Shown here piece after piece: positions 13,001 through 27,143 of a DNA stretch of 64,000 nt (position 1 is its first letter; each line of letters begins with the position of its first letter). The DNA is from Spironucleus salmonicida (Eukaryota). The stretch is from assembly GCF_000497125.1 (NCBI RefSeq), contig NC_090598.1, positions 248,001 to 312,000 on the forward strand, read 5' to 3'. The translations under genes were made by a program, and so were the position numbers. The notes beneath the pieces are model-generated. The model saw only the letters and a list, made by a program, of their open reading frames with translations, was not told the DNA's origin and did no database searches.

Positions 13001-16000
13001 ACCATCATAAATTATTTATAATTCCAAGATTAATATTAGTCTTAATAGTGTGATATTAAATTTATATACATATGATAAATAGCTTCTTTTAAATTCTAAT
13101 ATAAATAAATTATAGATATCATTATCTTAGAAATAATCATTGAATGTTATTTTATTTAAAATCTAGTCGTCTGATCTAAATTATTCTGAAAACAAGGTAA
13201 ATATATGCTCGTCATTAGACAATTAAGATTTATTTGATTTACAGTTAGTTATTAGCAAAGAGTAGATACGATATGACTTTGATGTGGAAGGCAAAATTAG
13301 TGGTGTTACTTTTTATATTTTAAAATTATCATTATTGGATATTGTTTAAAAAGTTTAATATCATATTAAATAGGTATATATATTATTATCTAACTAATAG
13401 AAGTAAAAGTCAAAACAAATAAAAAAATAATAAGATTTACCTCTTATTTATATAGCTTGTCAATTAAATGAAATCAACGTTATTATACCAGAATCAATTA
13501 AATAAATGGATAATTTTGTTAAAGTAAGTATATAAAATACTATTATTAGAACCTAACCTGTAATAAATTTCTAATAGAATTTCTCGACAATTTTAAATTC
13601 TATAATAATTAGTACTAAAGAAGATCTTATAATTAATCTACAAATGTTATAACTTATAGCAATTATTGATATGAACACATAAAATAAAAAATTTTAAATT
13701 AAAACATAATCAGATATTATTCTTAATATAAAGGACAACTATTTAATTAATCTTACTTCTGTAATGAACTAGAATTTATTATTTACTAATACAACAATTG
13801 TAGAAGATAAGTAAGTTCAATAACTTTAGACGTAATTTGATTCTTTTGTTTATGATAATTATTCTTAGATAAAGTTGCGTACAGATAATTTAGATTTTGA
13901 GACATTATTAGAACCATATAGTTAATTCAAGACATAAAAGAAATAAATTAACATTAGGAATATATTATCTACTATTAAGTAAGTCTCCAAATAAGAATAA
14001 ACAAATATCACTAACATATCAAGTTTTGAGTTCTCAATTGACATTTAATCTATTTAAGGCTCGATTAAAATTGATTAATATTATTATAAAATATTTTTAA
14101 ATTCTTTTAACTTGACTTCCATTATTGATACAAAGAAAACTATCTATATACAAACAGATAAAATCAAATTACATTTTTAACAATCTGAAGATTAGGATTA
14201 AAAACCAGTTTTTTCTTCTAGGGGGCTATATTTTACTTTAATTTCGGATAAAAATAATATTTAGCTTATTCTAGATATACGTTAGTAATTATTTTTAACA
14301 ATTAATCCGCAATAAATTTATAATATTGGTAAATTTTTATTAAAGTAAAAATAGGCGGAAGACTATAAAGATAAAAAGATGAAATAACTCCAAGCATAGT
14401 AGAAGAATTATTATTAGGACATGTAAGCGTAATTTTAAATAATCACTGTAGACATATCAAAGATTAATAATTTGGGTATAATCTAGAATAAAACTTTACA
14501 TTCCAATAAGAAAATAGAATTTAAGATTAATTTATTAAATACCACTCTCTCTGTAATAGTATCATCAACATTTTAATTTTATCTTAAGCTAAATTCTTCT
14601 ATTAATTTACAAATTTTAAGCAGACTTAGATAAAGATTTAGTAAGTCTTTAGATATTAAGAAATATGTCAAGGATTTAACAATGATTACGGATGTTTGCT
14701 TAATGAATATATCAATAAGTGCACTAACAGGAACAAAAGTAAATGAAATTATAGATATATTAGACATGGAGATTGCAACACAAATAAAATTACAAGATCA
14801 ATTCATATATTAAGACTAGGCAATTGATAGTAATATATTTGTTAAAATCAAAACTAAGTCATAATAAATACTTTTTAATTTAGGAATAGGTAGTATATTG
14901 TAAATTATTGAATAATATAATTTAAATAATGATATTTTTAAGGTTCAACTTAAATATTTAACTTAGCTTTAAGATAGTATCCTCAATAAAACATTTTATG
15001 AGTCCTTTTAATCTATATAATAACACAAAAACTTTTAGAAAACTATTATACCTTCGCAGTCTAATTAAGGTTAACCTGCTATTATAGGACACTTACCATA
15101 TTGTACATTTTGTAGTTTATAGGACTTATAGATTGAAGTATAATGTGTGAAGATATAGATTGTTTTCTTTGATAGACAAGTCACTCCACAACCACTTTTT
15201 GTGTTAAAATTAACAGAAAGTTAAGTTAGTTTAATAAAATTTTTGAATAGGTATTAAAATATAGACAACAATAATATTTAATTATATTTATTTCCAATTT
15301 TACAATCTTATAACTAAAATAATTTTTATTTCGACAAAATTATTGATATTAATAAATTAGAAATTTCTATAAATTAAATATCTGAGAAAAAAGAACAATG
15401 TATTGTTGTAGATGAATTATAAGTTAATCTTAATCCTTCTATTACTTCAAACGTCTAATAAGTTTATTAATTTACCCAATAAATTAATAGTTTAATAAAG
15501 AATTTAGAGAATACTGATGATACTGTTTTATAACTTGTTCATGATAGAATTTTATTAGTGAATTCTACGAATTACATAGTTTAAGTTTAATAGTTTGGCA
15601 CTACTGCATTAATACATGAATTACTACCGTATTCATAAAATTCAATAGATAAATTTAATAATGAATTTACGCTGTTAATTATTGAAAATAATACAATATT
15701 AAAAAGTATTGATATTTAAATCAATTAAGTGGAATTGTTTTCTAGTTTACTTGATGACTTGTTCTTTTAAATTATTAACGAAAATGGTCAATTAATTTAT
15801 ATATTTAGATACTAGAAAGCTATTTATAATTTATCTCATTTAAAAATCTCTATTTAAAATTAGAATTAATTTGAATTATAGTAGTATATTAACTCTTTTA
15901 ATGATACACTGATTTTTATATTTGAGGAGTAAAGGTAGATTGTTAAAAATTTAGAAAATATTTAGGAAATTTAGATTTCTCCTAATAAATTTACTCTCGT

Positions 16001-18638
16001 AAAATAAAATAAAATATCATCTAACCATAATGAGCTCATAAATTATTATTTACACCCAACATTTATAGTTTAAAATTTATGTTAAAATATACTAAATATT
16101 GATGCTTAAAATATTTTACCCATGAATTATTATTACATATATACCACAATTAAACAGGACGTCAAAGTTTAAAAGCTTAGCTATTAAGGCTATTTTTAGT
16201 AATATTGTGATATTGTTAGTGTTTTTATGTTATAATCTAATTTAGATTATAAAAATTAAATAGTTTTAAATAATTAACAAAGTCAATCAATATTACTTAA
16301 TATTTCTTAAGATAAGTCATTTACACATTATTAGTCTGTGTTTAAAATTTATCCATAATTTATGATTTAAAATCTTTTTTATCTAACTAATTATTAAGTG
16401 TATATAGTTATTAGTGAAAAAGTGATTGATTTAACAGGGTTATAGTTTGTAGAGCTTTTAGGTGTAAACACAATACATGATGCCCGTCTTATAGTATAAT
16501 AAGGTAAAGATAAGAAGCAATGGAACAATATACACATTCAAAAGATCAAATCAAAGTAAAAATTTAGTGAAGACTAACTAACAGTTACTTTTTTGAAATC
16601 TTCATCTATCACATTAACTTCTACAATATTAACAATTTAGCCAGAAATTCTTATTAGAAACTAATCAAATTATTTCTTTAATTATTATTTTTGTAGCAAT
16701 GATAATAAGAATGATATTTATCCAGTTCTTAATTCTATTGATAAAATAACACCAATTTTTGTTAACTAGTAATATATTTATCTTTAATATGAAGAAAATA
16801 GTTAGTATTCATCTATAATTGATTTAAGTTAAAAATGTTCTTTATGCTTATTTATTCCAGGTCTTAATTAATTTATATCTATTTAAACTTTTCATCAGAG
16901 CGGGATTCTTATTATTGATATCTTCAACAAAACAGATGAATCAGATGCAATAAAAATTATCAATCTTACATCATAGTAAATTTAAGTATAATAACAATTA
17001 GACTTTACTATTTCATCAAAAAATAAGCAAAAAATGTGTAGTGAATCTATGAGCAAGGATTATTTATAAAAAATAATGATTGAATAAAACTCCGAGAGTT
17101 ATTATTAATTATATGATGTATAACTGGTCCCCGTAATTTAGATCTTTATTAACGATAAAGATTACGTTAATGTATCATTAACAAAAATAGGTAAGCGGAA
17201 GCCAATTAAAATAAATAATATTACTATTTTTATAAGTTTAGATTGCCATATTAACACGAAAATAATTAAGATTAGTTTTAGACCAATTTTAGATGATACG
17301 GTTCTATAGAAAGTTTGGCTTAAATTAGACGACAAAAATATATATACAAAAAGAGTATTGACATTCAATTCATGTACTATTTCAGTTTATATCCCACATA
17401 TAGAATTTTAAAATAATGTAAACTAGTCTGTTTAAAATGAATAGTTAAGAATATTTATTTCTAACACAAAATTAGCATAGTTTATTTATAATGAACAAAC
17501 GATAGTTTCTGTATCAATATCACACATTAGTATTTAAAATTTTATCAGCAATAGTTATTTTGAATTTATTTTAACGTTTGCTTTATCTTAGAATCCATCA
17601 TTTATGTTAACATGTACTTATTAGAATAATACTAGACATTTTATCAATACCGTTATTTAAATTTAACCAATTATATTAAACGTTGAATAGACACTTTATG
17701 ATTTTGTGTTTACAATTAAAAATATTATTTTTGTCCAAAATGCTATACCAAATTTTGCACAAACTAACACAGATCTATTAGATTAAAAGCTATTTATCGT
17801 TGATAATATTATAGGTAAACCGTTTTTGCTTAAATAAAAAAAGCTAGATTTCTCTTAAGTGTATTTTGGGAATTTTTAAATTAATTAAATAGAACTTACA
17901 GTTTCTTTTTCTTTAGAAAAAATTGTATTATCGTAAACTAGAACTATTAACTCATTACTATCTACTGTAATAGATCCTTTTATGCATCTTTCAGACATAA
18001 GAATTTTACTACCATCGTTTACTATTAGTAATAAATTTATTTCATTAAGAGAAACTATTACTGAATTTTAAAAATTCTATTTTCCATAACTTATTTCAAA
18101 CGTTTCATCTCTTATTTCTGGTACAGAGCTTCCTGCATCTATTTAACGAGCATTTGAACCGTTTGATAATTGTATTGATGATATTCATACAGACGCTAAA
18201 AATCTTAAATTTCTACCTCGCAAACTATAAATATCGCTCACTAATTCTATTTTCGCATTTCCAGCCTCTGTTGCCAGAATCCTTGAGATTTTAACTTTTG
18301 ATGGATCATTTAAAGCTAGACAACTTAAATTACGAAGAATGAGTGAAAAACACCCTAAACTAGCCGTTAAAAATGCATTTTTATCCCTTAAAGATGGATT
18401 TATAGATGGTATATATGGAGTTGTAAAACAGCCTTAAAAAGGATTATCGCGACAAGGAAAATCAGGCTTAGCAAAAGGGATCGGAAAAGGTATTATTGGT
18501 ATTTTATTAAAGCCTGCTTCTGGTATCACAAGTATGATTGCTTGTCTAGGTATGAGTTGTGGTAATTAATAAATAAAAGAATTAGTACACAGAAAATAGT
18601 GGCGATAAGGTATAGATGAAGAAGAGAGCTTTATGTGA
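10059..18638 (+). CDS. VPS13: VPS13 family lipid-transfer protein (paralogue 1), ~2859 aa
   Basis: Chorein-N: MLESLIVNKLQDLATKYLDNFDKNMLNISIGKGDVEIRNLSLKSDAL, KNFHIRFE. C-terminal Gly-rich helices GFIDGIYGVVKQPQKG...GIGKGIIGILLKPASG. Start and stop are in the same frame; the interior was only spot-checked. Confidence 0.9.
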
Positions 18639-18669
18639 TATTATTTATTTTATTAGCGTTCATAAATTT

Positions 18670-19425
18670 TCACTCGTAAAATTCTCCCAACTAGTTCATA
18701 CTGTTCTGCAAAGTTTCCATAGCAATAGATATTGTCTTATTTAAATTATTACTTGAAACCTTTCGAGTCGAAATTTCATCTTCAAGTTACTTTTTGAGCT
18801 TTCCTGACCACCGCTCAAAGTCTTATAAGTCATCTTTGTTTCCATTTTCATAACTTTTCTCAATATTTTAGCCATACACAACCATATTAACTAAAGATTA
18901 TTCAACTGAGTTTTGCCAAAATAAGATTTTTTAATTAAAAGAGCGATGCTATGTTTCTTAGATATCACGAAGATCAGATACTCGTTGAATTCTCTCAGCA
19001 CGTTTAGTATCTAGATTCGTTTTAATCATTGCTGTAGATTTTGTGTTCGATGATTTCCATTCTAAAAGTGTATTATTTAAAAGAATTTTCTGATTTTATA
19101 GTTCAGATATTAATTCGTTGTTTTATTCATTCAGAGATGTGAAAAATATATGATTTTATACTTTTACATCTTCAATTTATTCTAAAAATTGAACTTCAAT
19201 ATCTTTAGCCTGTTATTAAATTCTAGCTTTGACATCTAGGAAGTTTTAATCACGTTATCTAGATTCAATTTATAATACTCTGTCTAAGTGCTGCAATGTA
19301 CTTTAAATAAGCTTAATCAGACTAGCATTATGTAAGTTAAATTTTTTAACTTATTAATAAAGACTTTCATTAAAAGATAATAAATCATCATTAAGTACAT
19401 CAAGGTGGGTAGAAAAATGCGTCAT
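18670..19425 (-). CDS. Coiled-coil protein, SF-assemblin/beta-giardin-like, 251 aa
   Basis: Coiled coil throughout. The C-terminus LKKQLEDEISTRKVSSNNLNKTISIAMETLQNSM resembles the SF-assemblin end, and the size fits. Ends GAG TGA. Confidence 0.55.
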
Positions 19426-19525
19426 TTTTATAAAGAAGATAGAAGATATATTATGTTAATATTAATAAAAACTGATTCTGATAACTAAAAATTAGTATAA
19501 TAATATAAATCAAGCTATATATAAA

Positions 19526-21415
19526 ATGGATAAGTCTTTAAGAACGAGTTAACTCGGCCAAGCAAGTAAACCTGTTTAACCATTACCAAATAGCTAAATT
19601 AGCAATTCATAGATATAGCTGTTTGAATAATTTTAGCATGAAAAGATAACTAAAACTAGGTTAGAAAAATAGTTACGAAGCTCTAAACTTTAGATTCCAG
19701 TGTCCATTAATTCAGATATTTAAAATAGAATGGTTAACTTATGGGATGCACTGGAAGTATCTGTAAAAGAGAGGCATTATGCATATACAGTTCTAAGAGA
19801 ATCGTAAGAATAAGCACTTAATTATATTAATAAGATGCGTTAAATCTTATTTCATAGACGAAGGTTTGAGGAATTAACATCACGAAGAGAATAAATCGCA
19901 GAGTAGTTGCGGGTTATGCTTTAATAAGGTAAAGGTTCAAAAAAAGATCTTTTAACTAATGCAATTTAAGTTAGAATGATGACACTAGAATTATTTACTA
20001 TATTTAATTCAGCTAGAAAGTATGTGAAAAAACCCATTGATCTACCTTCTTTAAATGTACTTAATTATTCTTTTCCCAAACGTTTACTAGGAGAGTCTGT
20101 ATTTTCTCGTGAAAATTTGATAGTCGCTATGTGTGTTGTAAGATTTTTTGGAAAATCTTCTTATAACAGTGTTAAATCATAAGTTAACTAGATATTTGAT
20201 CAACTTATCATTGATGGGTCTAATGAAAATGAGGTTTCTTTTAGTTTTATGATAGGGCAATAATTACTGAACAGTTCTATACCTTTATAATTTCATTAAT
20301 TTTTGGTTTAAACGTTTTAAGATCTATATGATGTTAATTTAGATTAATATTTGCCAAGAAATTTAATTAAATTAGATTTAGTCAAGAATATTATGAAGTA
20401 AGAAAACCAAGCTTATAGCGAATATATTAAAAAAGTTACTACAATTTAAAATTAGGATTTAGATATTTGTGTTGTGCCTATTAAGGATGATATATTATTC
20501 GATCCAAATATTAGTTATATAGATGGTTGGAGTATTGAGGAAATAAATAAAATTAATTTAACGTTTAAACATACTCTATCTAAAAAATTTTCTCCATAAA
20601 GATTACTTCAGGATATGAGAAATAGTAAACTTAATATAACAAAAACATAAGTTTAAAATGTAAATAAATAAAAAATATAAGCTACATTATAGTTACAAGA
20701 AGATTTATTACCTTTTGAAGAAATTGAGCCTGAAATTATGTAGTAACCATAGATATTCACGTGTCAAATGGCTAAGCCTGCTAAGATCGAAGCTGCCTTC
20801 ACTGAGGAAGCATTTGACGAAGAACCAGCAATGCCTGCTAAGATCGAAGCTGCCTTCACTGAGGAAGCATTTGACGAAGAACCAGCAATGCCTGCTAAGA
20901 TCGAAGCTGCCTTCGATGAGGAAGCATTTGACGAAGAACCAGCAATGCCTGCTAAGATCGAAGCTGCCTTCACTGAGGAAGCATTTGACGAAGAACCAGC
21001 AATGCCTGCTAAGATCGAAGCTGCCTTCACTGAGGAAGCATTTGACGAAGAACCAGCAATGCCTGCTAAGATCGAAGCTGCCTTCGATGAGGAAGCATTT
21101 GACGAAGAACCAGCAATGCCTGCTAAGATCGAAGCTGCCTTCGATGAGGAAGCATTTGACGAAGAACCAGCAATGCCTGCTAAGATCGAAGCTGCCTTCA
21201 CTGAGGAAGCATTTGACGAAGAACCAGCAATGCCTGCTAAGATCGAAGCTGCCTTCGATGAGGAAGCATTTGACGAAGAACCAGCAATGCCTGTTACGGT
21301 TGACGCTGCTTTAGAAGAAATTATAGTATAATCACATACTGACAATCGATTAGGATTAAATAACGTTAGTTATCATTTTGATCAGGAATTTGAGGCGAAT
21401 GGATTTGAAGACTGA
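19526..21415 (+). CDS. Unknown helical-domain protein with 9 x 19-aa acidic repeat tail (family member A), 629 aa
   Basis: In frame with track ORFs 19976 and 20768. The N-domain NLWDALEVSVKERHYAY...MRQILFHRRRF...RMMTLELF...PIDLPSL is shared with the adjacent gene. Confidence 0.85.
20777..21289 (+). repeat. Coding tandem repeat, 9 x 57 bp, PAKIEAAF(T/D)EEAFDEEPAM
   Basis: Units are identical except ACT/GAT at one codon (order T,T,D,T,T,D,D,T,D). Confidence 0.97.
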
Positions 21416-21493
21416 ATGATTTTTGAAATACTGCATATTTTATTTTTTATATTATATTGTATGTAATATTCAGAAGATCTCCATTTCATACAA

Positions 21494-24325
21494 ATGTAAC
21501 CGCAAAAACCACTCATTGAGTAAACAGCCAGAACGACACCTCTTTAACCTCTTTCAAATAATATTACAATTTAAAGGACTAATTATAATCTTTGGACTGC
21601 TTCATAGTAGCAGAAAAATGTCGATCTCACAATTCGCAAGTCATTAAGGAAAGCCCAGAAGTCTCAAAATTATTCTCCAACTAGGCCGTCTAATAATGTC
21701 CTTATGTAACGCTTAATTAACCTTTGGGATGCTCTATAATGTCCCTAATAAGAGCGTGATTACGCATATTCAGAAATTCTCAAAGAGCCAGCTTTGGCCA
21801 ACGATTATGCCCGCACAATGCGTTAAATACTCTTCCATCGAAGACGGTTTTAGGAGTTAGAGACAGAGCGGACGTAGTTGGCTGAAAATGTGCGAACAAC
21901 CCTCCAAGCTGGGCGTGGCTCAAAGCGAGCGCTTTTAGCTGATCTAATAAAGTTACGTGTTATGACCCTCGAACTATTCAGCCTCATGAATTCTGCTCGA
22001 CGGTTTTCAGCTCGTCCGATTGACCTCCCTACACTAGAAGTACTCGAGTTTAGCTAGATAAAACGAATTTTTAGTGAAGGAATTCTATCCAGGGAAAACT
22101 TGAGTGTTGCATTTTGTGTGATGAGGTTTATCGACGGGAACTATGACGAGGTGTCCGCTTAGGTCAATGATGTTTTCGACTAGTTGATTGTTCAGGGGAC
22201 TAACGATGAGGAGATTTAGGTAGCTTTTTTACTCGGTAGTCCAATTCTTGAGAGCCAGATACCATCCCAATTTTAAAAATTTTTGGTAAGAAAATTCGAT
22301 GAAATTTTCGAAGTCAAACTAGAAAAATACGAACCTAAAGATTATGTTAAACCTAGTTAAGTACTTGAAATGATTAAAGGGGAAACAAAAGGATATAACT
22401 AGTATATTAGATTAATTTAGTAGTTGTAGGCAAAAGAAATGGAAATATGCACAGTTCCAATTCATCATAGTGAAAAGAGTTACGATGCATACTCTGTATC
22501 TGTTGAATATTTGAAAGATATACCTGCTGAAGAAGTAAAACAAGTAAGGAAAAATTTTACAAAACAATTATAGAGCAAATTTAATGAGAAAAGTTAAAGC
22601 CAAATTGACGATAGGATTTTATAATTAAGCTAAAATAGTAAAATGTAATAATAACAAGTGTATAGGCCGGTACTTAAGGTTAGGAATGATAATGTGATTA
22701 AAAAATAAGAATATGAGTAAAAGAGAGAATCTGAAATTTTGATAAAAGAGGAAATCCAAGCCGATGTTCCCATGACTCTAGAAGCACCACCGCATGACGA
22801 GTTTGATGAATTCCCAGCGGATGTGCCTACCACGTTAGAGCTGAAGCCGTAGGAGGAGGATGATTTCGAAGACACTCCCTAGCATGTTCCTGCGACGCTA
22901 GAGGAGCCGATGCATGACGATCAGTTTGATGATGCTCCAGCAGTCGATAGCCGCTAATTCGTTTAGAATATGCCTTCTCCATTTGAATATAACAATGACG
23001 ATATTATTGCATATGCAGTAGATACGGGTAACTCTAATTCTGTTGCTAACTTAATTACTGAGGCGCCAGCAGATGAATATGATTTCGAGGAAACCCCAGC
23101 CGATGTTCCCATGACTCTAGAAGCACCACCGCATGACGAGTTTGATGAATTCCCAGCGGATGTGCCTACCACGTTAGAGCTGAAGCCGTAGGAGGAGGAT
23201 GATTTCGAAGACACTCCCTAGCATGTTCCTGCGACGCTAGAGGAGCCGATGCATGACGATGAGTTTGATGATGCTCCAGCAGTCGATAGCCGCTAATTCG
23301 TTTAGAATATGCCTTCTCCATTTGAATATAACAATGACGATATTATTGCATATGCAGTAGATACGGGTAACTCTAATTCTGTTGCTAACTTAATTACTGA
23401 GGCGCCAGCAGATGAATATGATTTCGAGGAAACCCCAGCCGATGTTCCCATGACTCTAGAAGCACCACCGCATGACGAGTTTGATGAATTCCCAGCGGAT
23501 GTGCCTACCACGTTAGAGCTGAAGCCGTAGGAGGAGGATGATTTCGAAGACACTCCCTAGCATGTTCCTGCGACGCTAGAGGAGCCGATGCATGACGATG
23601 AGTTTGATGATGCTCCAGCAGTCGATAGCCGCTAATTCGTTTAGAATATGCCTTCTCCATTTGAATATAACAATGACGATATTATTGCATATGCAGTAGA
23701 TACGGGTAACTCTAATTCTGTTGCTAACTTAATTACTGAGGCGCCAGCAGATGAATATGATTTCGAGGAAACCCCAGCCGATGTTCCCATGACTCTAGAA
23801 GCACCACCGCATGACGAGTTTGATGAATTCCCAGCGGATGTGCCTACCACGTTAGAGCTGAAGCCGTAGGAGGAGGATGATTTCGAAGACACTCCCTAGC
23901 ATGTTCCTGCGACGCTAGAGGAGCCGATGCATGACGATGAGTTTGATGATGCTCCAGCAGTCGATAGCCGCTAATTCGTTTAGAATATGCCTTCTCCATT
24001 TGAATATAACAATGACGATATTATTGCATATGCAGTAGATACGGGTAACTCTAATTCTGTTGCTAACTTAATTACTGAGGCGCCAGCAGATGAATATGAT
24101 TTCGAGGAAACCCCAGCCGATGTTCCCATGACTCTAGAAGCACCACCGCATGACGAGTTTGATGAATTCCCAGCGGATGTGCCTACCACGTTAGAGCTGA
24201 AGCCGTAGGAGGAGGATGATTTCGAAGACACTCCCTAGCATGTTCCTGCGACGCTAGAGGAGACGATGTAAGAAATATATACATCACCATTTACTTTCAT
24301 TATAAATGAAACTGAATTTATATGA
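21494..24325 (+). CDS. Unknown helical-domain protein with ~4.4 x 113-aa acidic repeat tail (family member B), 943 aa
   Basis: NLWDALQCPQQERDYAY...MRQILFHRRRF...RVMTLELF...PIDLPTL, a paralogue of 19526-21415. Same frame as track ORFs 22970/23309/23648/23987. Confidence 0.85.
22760..24262 (+). repeat. Coding tandem repeat, 339-bp period, ~4.4 copies
   Basis: Identical track ORFs recur every 339 nt. Copies are near-identical; one C/G difference was seen near 22922. Confidence 0.97.
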
Positions 24326-24385
24326 CATTTGAACATTATATTTAATATTCTTATTATATCTTGTTTTTATTTATTTATTTATATA

Positions 24386-24982
24386 ATGAAAGATCTATCC
24401 CAATCTTTAGATTTTTATAGGCGAGGAGGAATAAAACAGGATAATTATAACCACAACGATATTGCCAAACGATTTTAAAAAACTGTATATGATCGATCCT
24501 TTACATATACAAATAAAAAGGCACTTTCCCCAGTAAAACTAAAAGGTGCTAATTTCTTTACACATATAAAAAATGGCGTGGTCGTCAATGATCTAGTTTA
24601 AGATAAAGTTGACTCCATTAATTCCGAAAAAGATGTTGCTATGCTTACCTGCGATTCACAAGAGCTATTCTTTAAACTAAAACGTGAATAGTACGCATTT
24701 GTTGCAACAAGGCAGCCGAAGGATTATATTAGTAGTGAATTTATGATAAGTTATGCAAAAAGTTCCCGTACTAAGCTTAACCCTGTTGAATTGAGCATCC
24801 ACCAAATACGCGAGCATAAATAAAAATGGGCGAAAAGCTAAACTATAGGCAGTATAAAACTTCCAATTTTTACTGATAGAATAAGGTCTGCTAGCTTTTT
24901 TCTAGATACTAAATTGGGTGCTTCAAATTATAAGCAGGTTGGTAAAAATGCATTTTTTGAAACAAAATATCATATATAATGA
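24386..24982 (+). CDS. Hypothetical basic protein, 198 aa
   Basis: Table-6 ORF MKDLSQSLDFYRRGG...ETKYHIQ*. Confidence 0.7.
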
Positions 24983-25036
24983 TATTTTATATTAACACAA
25001 ATTATTACAATATTATTTTCCACTTCTTTTTGTAGT

Positions 25037-25563
25037 ATGGCTGACGATTTTGAATTTGATGCAGTGGAGATCAACAACATAGAGAATGCTCAATCGACTT
25101 AGGTAGAATCTATACCTCGCTAAGGGCCCTATACAATTTAACTAAAAGATATGTCATTTAATGAGGCAGATCTTAAATTGCTTATTAAGAGCCTTAATTT
25201 ACCTGAACTAGATATTCGTACTAAAGTGTACGAACCTAAGACTGGAGGAATATTTTATACGTATTATATCGAAGTTACGGAATATGAATAAGCGGTTTCT
25301 CTTGTTTCTACTAATAACTTAAAATATAAAGACTGCCTACTAAACACTCGTTATTTACCACCTAGAACTGACTAAAAGCCTAGATATGAAAGAAAAGAAT
25401 TTTCTTTCAATAGAGCTGAAATGGGTTAGCAGTCATAAGTTGTATAGTAATAGGAGTAATAATCCTTCAATTAGTTTAATAGAGCTGATATGGGTACTAA
25501 CTAACCTTTATAACAATAAAGTTTGAACGGATTTAGCAGGGGTAGTATGGGTACATTGAAGGT

Positions 25564-25596
<33 letters not shown>

Positions 25597-25753
25597 GAAC
25601 GTGTAAAAGTTTGATAGAAGTCAAATGGGAATCTAATAAAAGCCTTAATAAAATAATTTCAGCAGAAATTAAATGGGTTAATCATAGAAAAAAAATGCAT
25701 TTGAAGATCTCAAAAGAAGCAACGAATAAACTGTAACTTTGAACTTTAAGTGA
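25037..25753 (+). CDS. RRM-like protein with Q-rich FxRxxMG repeats (possible eIF4B/eIF4H-like), 238 aa
   Basis: IPRQGPYTIQLKDMSF...YYIEVTEYEQAVSLV resembles the eIF4B/H RRM. Five FxRxxMG repeats and a polyQ tract. Ends AAG TGA. Confidence 0.55.
25565..25597 (+). repeat. (TAA)10TAG microsatellite encoding poly-Gln (Q11)
   Basis: In frame within CDS 25037-25753. Confidence 0.9.
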
Positions 25754-25762
25754 ATTCAATAA

Positions 25763-26065
25763 TCATTTCATAATTTACTTCTTTTTATTTCTTAAATATT
25801 CGTAGGATTTCAGCTCTTAGAGTTGAAAATCCCGCATTTAAGATAACTATTACGCGAACTAGGCGTTATCTTTACGTAGTTGTTGCTATACAAGTTTAAA
25901 TTCTAATTGTGACCTATTTGAGTTGAGTTGGGATAGCTGATTATGCTCACGTATGAAGACCTCACTGATCTTACGATCAAGTTCTTATGTTTATCGTTTG
26001 TGAATCAATTAAATATGTGTGTCTAGATCTTAAAGAGATTCAAACTTTGTGCGGATTTTATTCAT
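25763..26065 (-). CDS. Small coiled-coil protein, 100 aa
   Basis: MNKIRTKFESLQDLDTHIQLIHKRQTQELDRKISE...KKKQIMK*. Confidence 0.7.
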
Positions 26066-26583
26066 TTGGAGATTTAGTATGTCTTATATTAATAAAATTA
26101 TATATAAATATTTTATCTACTTCTACAATAAATTCATTCTATAATCAGCTAATAATCTAAGCTCTGTAATATAATATTGATTGTATTTCTAACATCTTTA
26201 TAATAAAATAATAAAGATTATTTTACTAATGTAAAAAGATCATAAGGTTCATCGTATATAATAATTTAGGATAAATAAACACATGAAAATAGGGATAGTA
26301 TGTGTTACTCTAATGATAATTCATGTTTAAATAAGCATGTAAATTTTTAACATAATTTTGTAGAATATTAAACCAATACGTTATCATTATGAAAAATATT
26401 ATTAATACAATTATAGAAATTTCTATATTCTATAGGTTATGATAGAGTTAAGGTTTATTTCAATAAATGATCTGAATGAGTTTATTGATACGTCATTAAT
26501 AGATCATCTACTATTTTTGTCATTTAATCAAGGATTACTAAAAATAGATTTAATATATACTAATAGAAAGTCTGTTGTAAAAA

Positions 26584-27087
26584 TCACTTTACATTTTTCT
26601 ACTTTTTTAACGTTTACTTAATTATATAATCATTTATAATTTCCTCTTTTGATCTATTAATCGTGATTTCCTCTGCATGACAGTAATATTTTATTTTTAA
26701 GAAAATAATAAAGACCAATGGTAAGATTAAACTATAGACTAAACTAAAAATGACTAGATATAATTCATATCTATGGAATTGTTTCTCAATAATTATAATA
26801 ACTATTACTATAAGTTCATTAACTATTTATATAATAAGTGTAATAAACTTTATTATATCAAGGACTGTAGCTATCAATCCAGATTTATCTCTATTCCATT
26901 TTGATATAACTGTAAAGATGCGTAAAACTATTTTAACTAAAAGAACAATCATTAAATTTAATATTTTAACTTGGTTATGAAAAAAATATCCTAATGCAAT
27001 AGCAGTAAAATAAAATGATTCAATAATGACCATAACTATATTATGAATAGCCATCTTAAATAAATATTTTGGTTAGGATGGCCTCAT
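26584..27087 (-). CDS. Hypothetical membrane protein (~4 TM), ~167 aa
   Basis: Extends track ORF 26827-27054. Four hydrophobic segments; ends AAG TGA. Start at 27087 or 27054. Confidence 0.65.
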
Positions 27088-27143
27088 CTTCACAAATCCA
27101 ATACCAATAACAATTATATAGTATATTAAATATTATTTATAAA

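Noticed and set aside
20715-24262. Repeat arrays as CRISPR or mobile element; alternative-frame and antisense ORFs over them
   Set aside because: There are no unique spacers, unit lengths are multiples of 3 and lie in frame within long CDSs, and the extra ORFs are shadows of the repeats.
25800-25985. Hairpins (GGATTTCAGCTC/GAGTTGAAAATCC, AAGATAAC/GTTATCTT) suggesting an ncRNA
   Set aside because: They lie entirely within a clean minus-strand 100-aa ORF and no RNA family motif was recognised.
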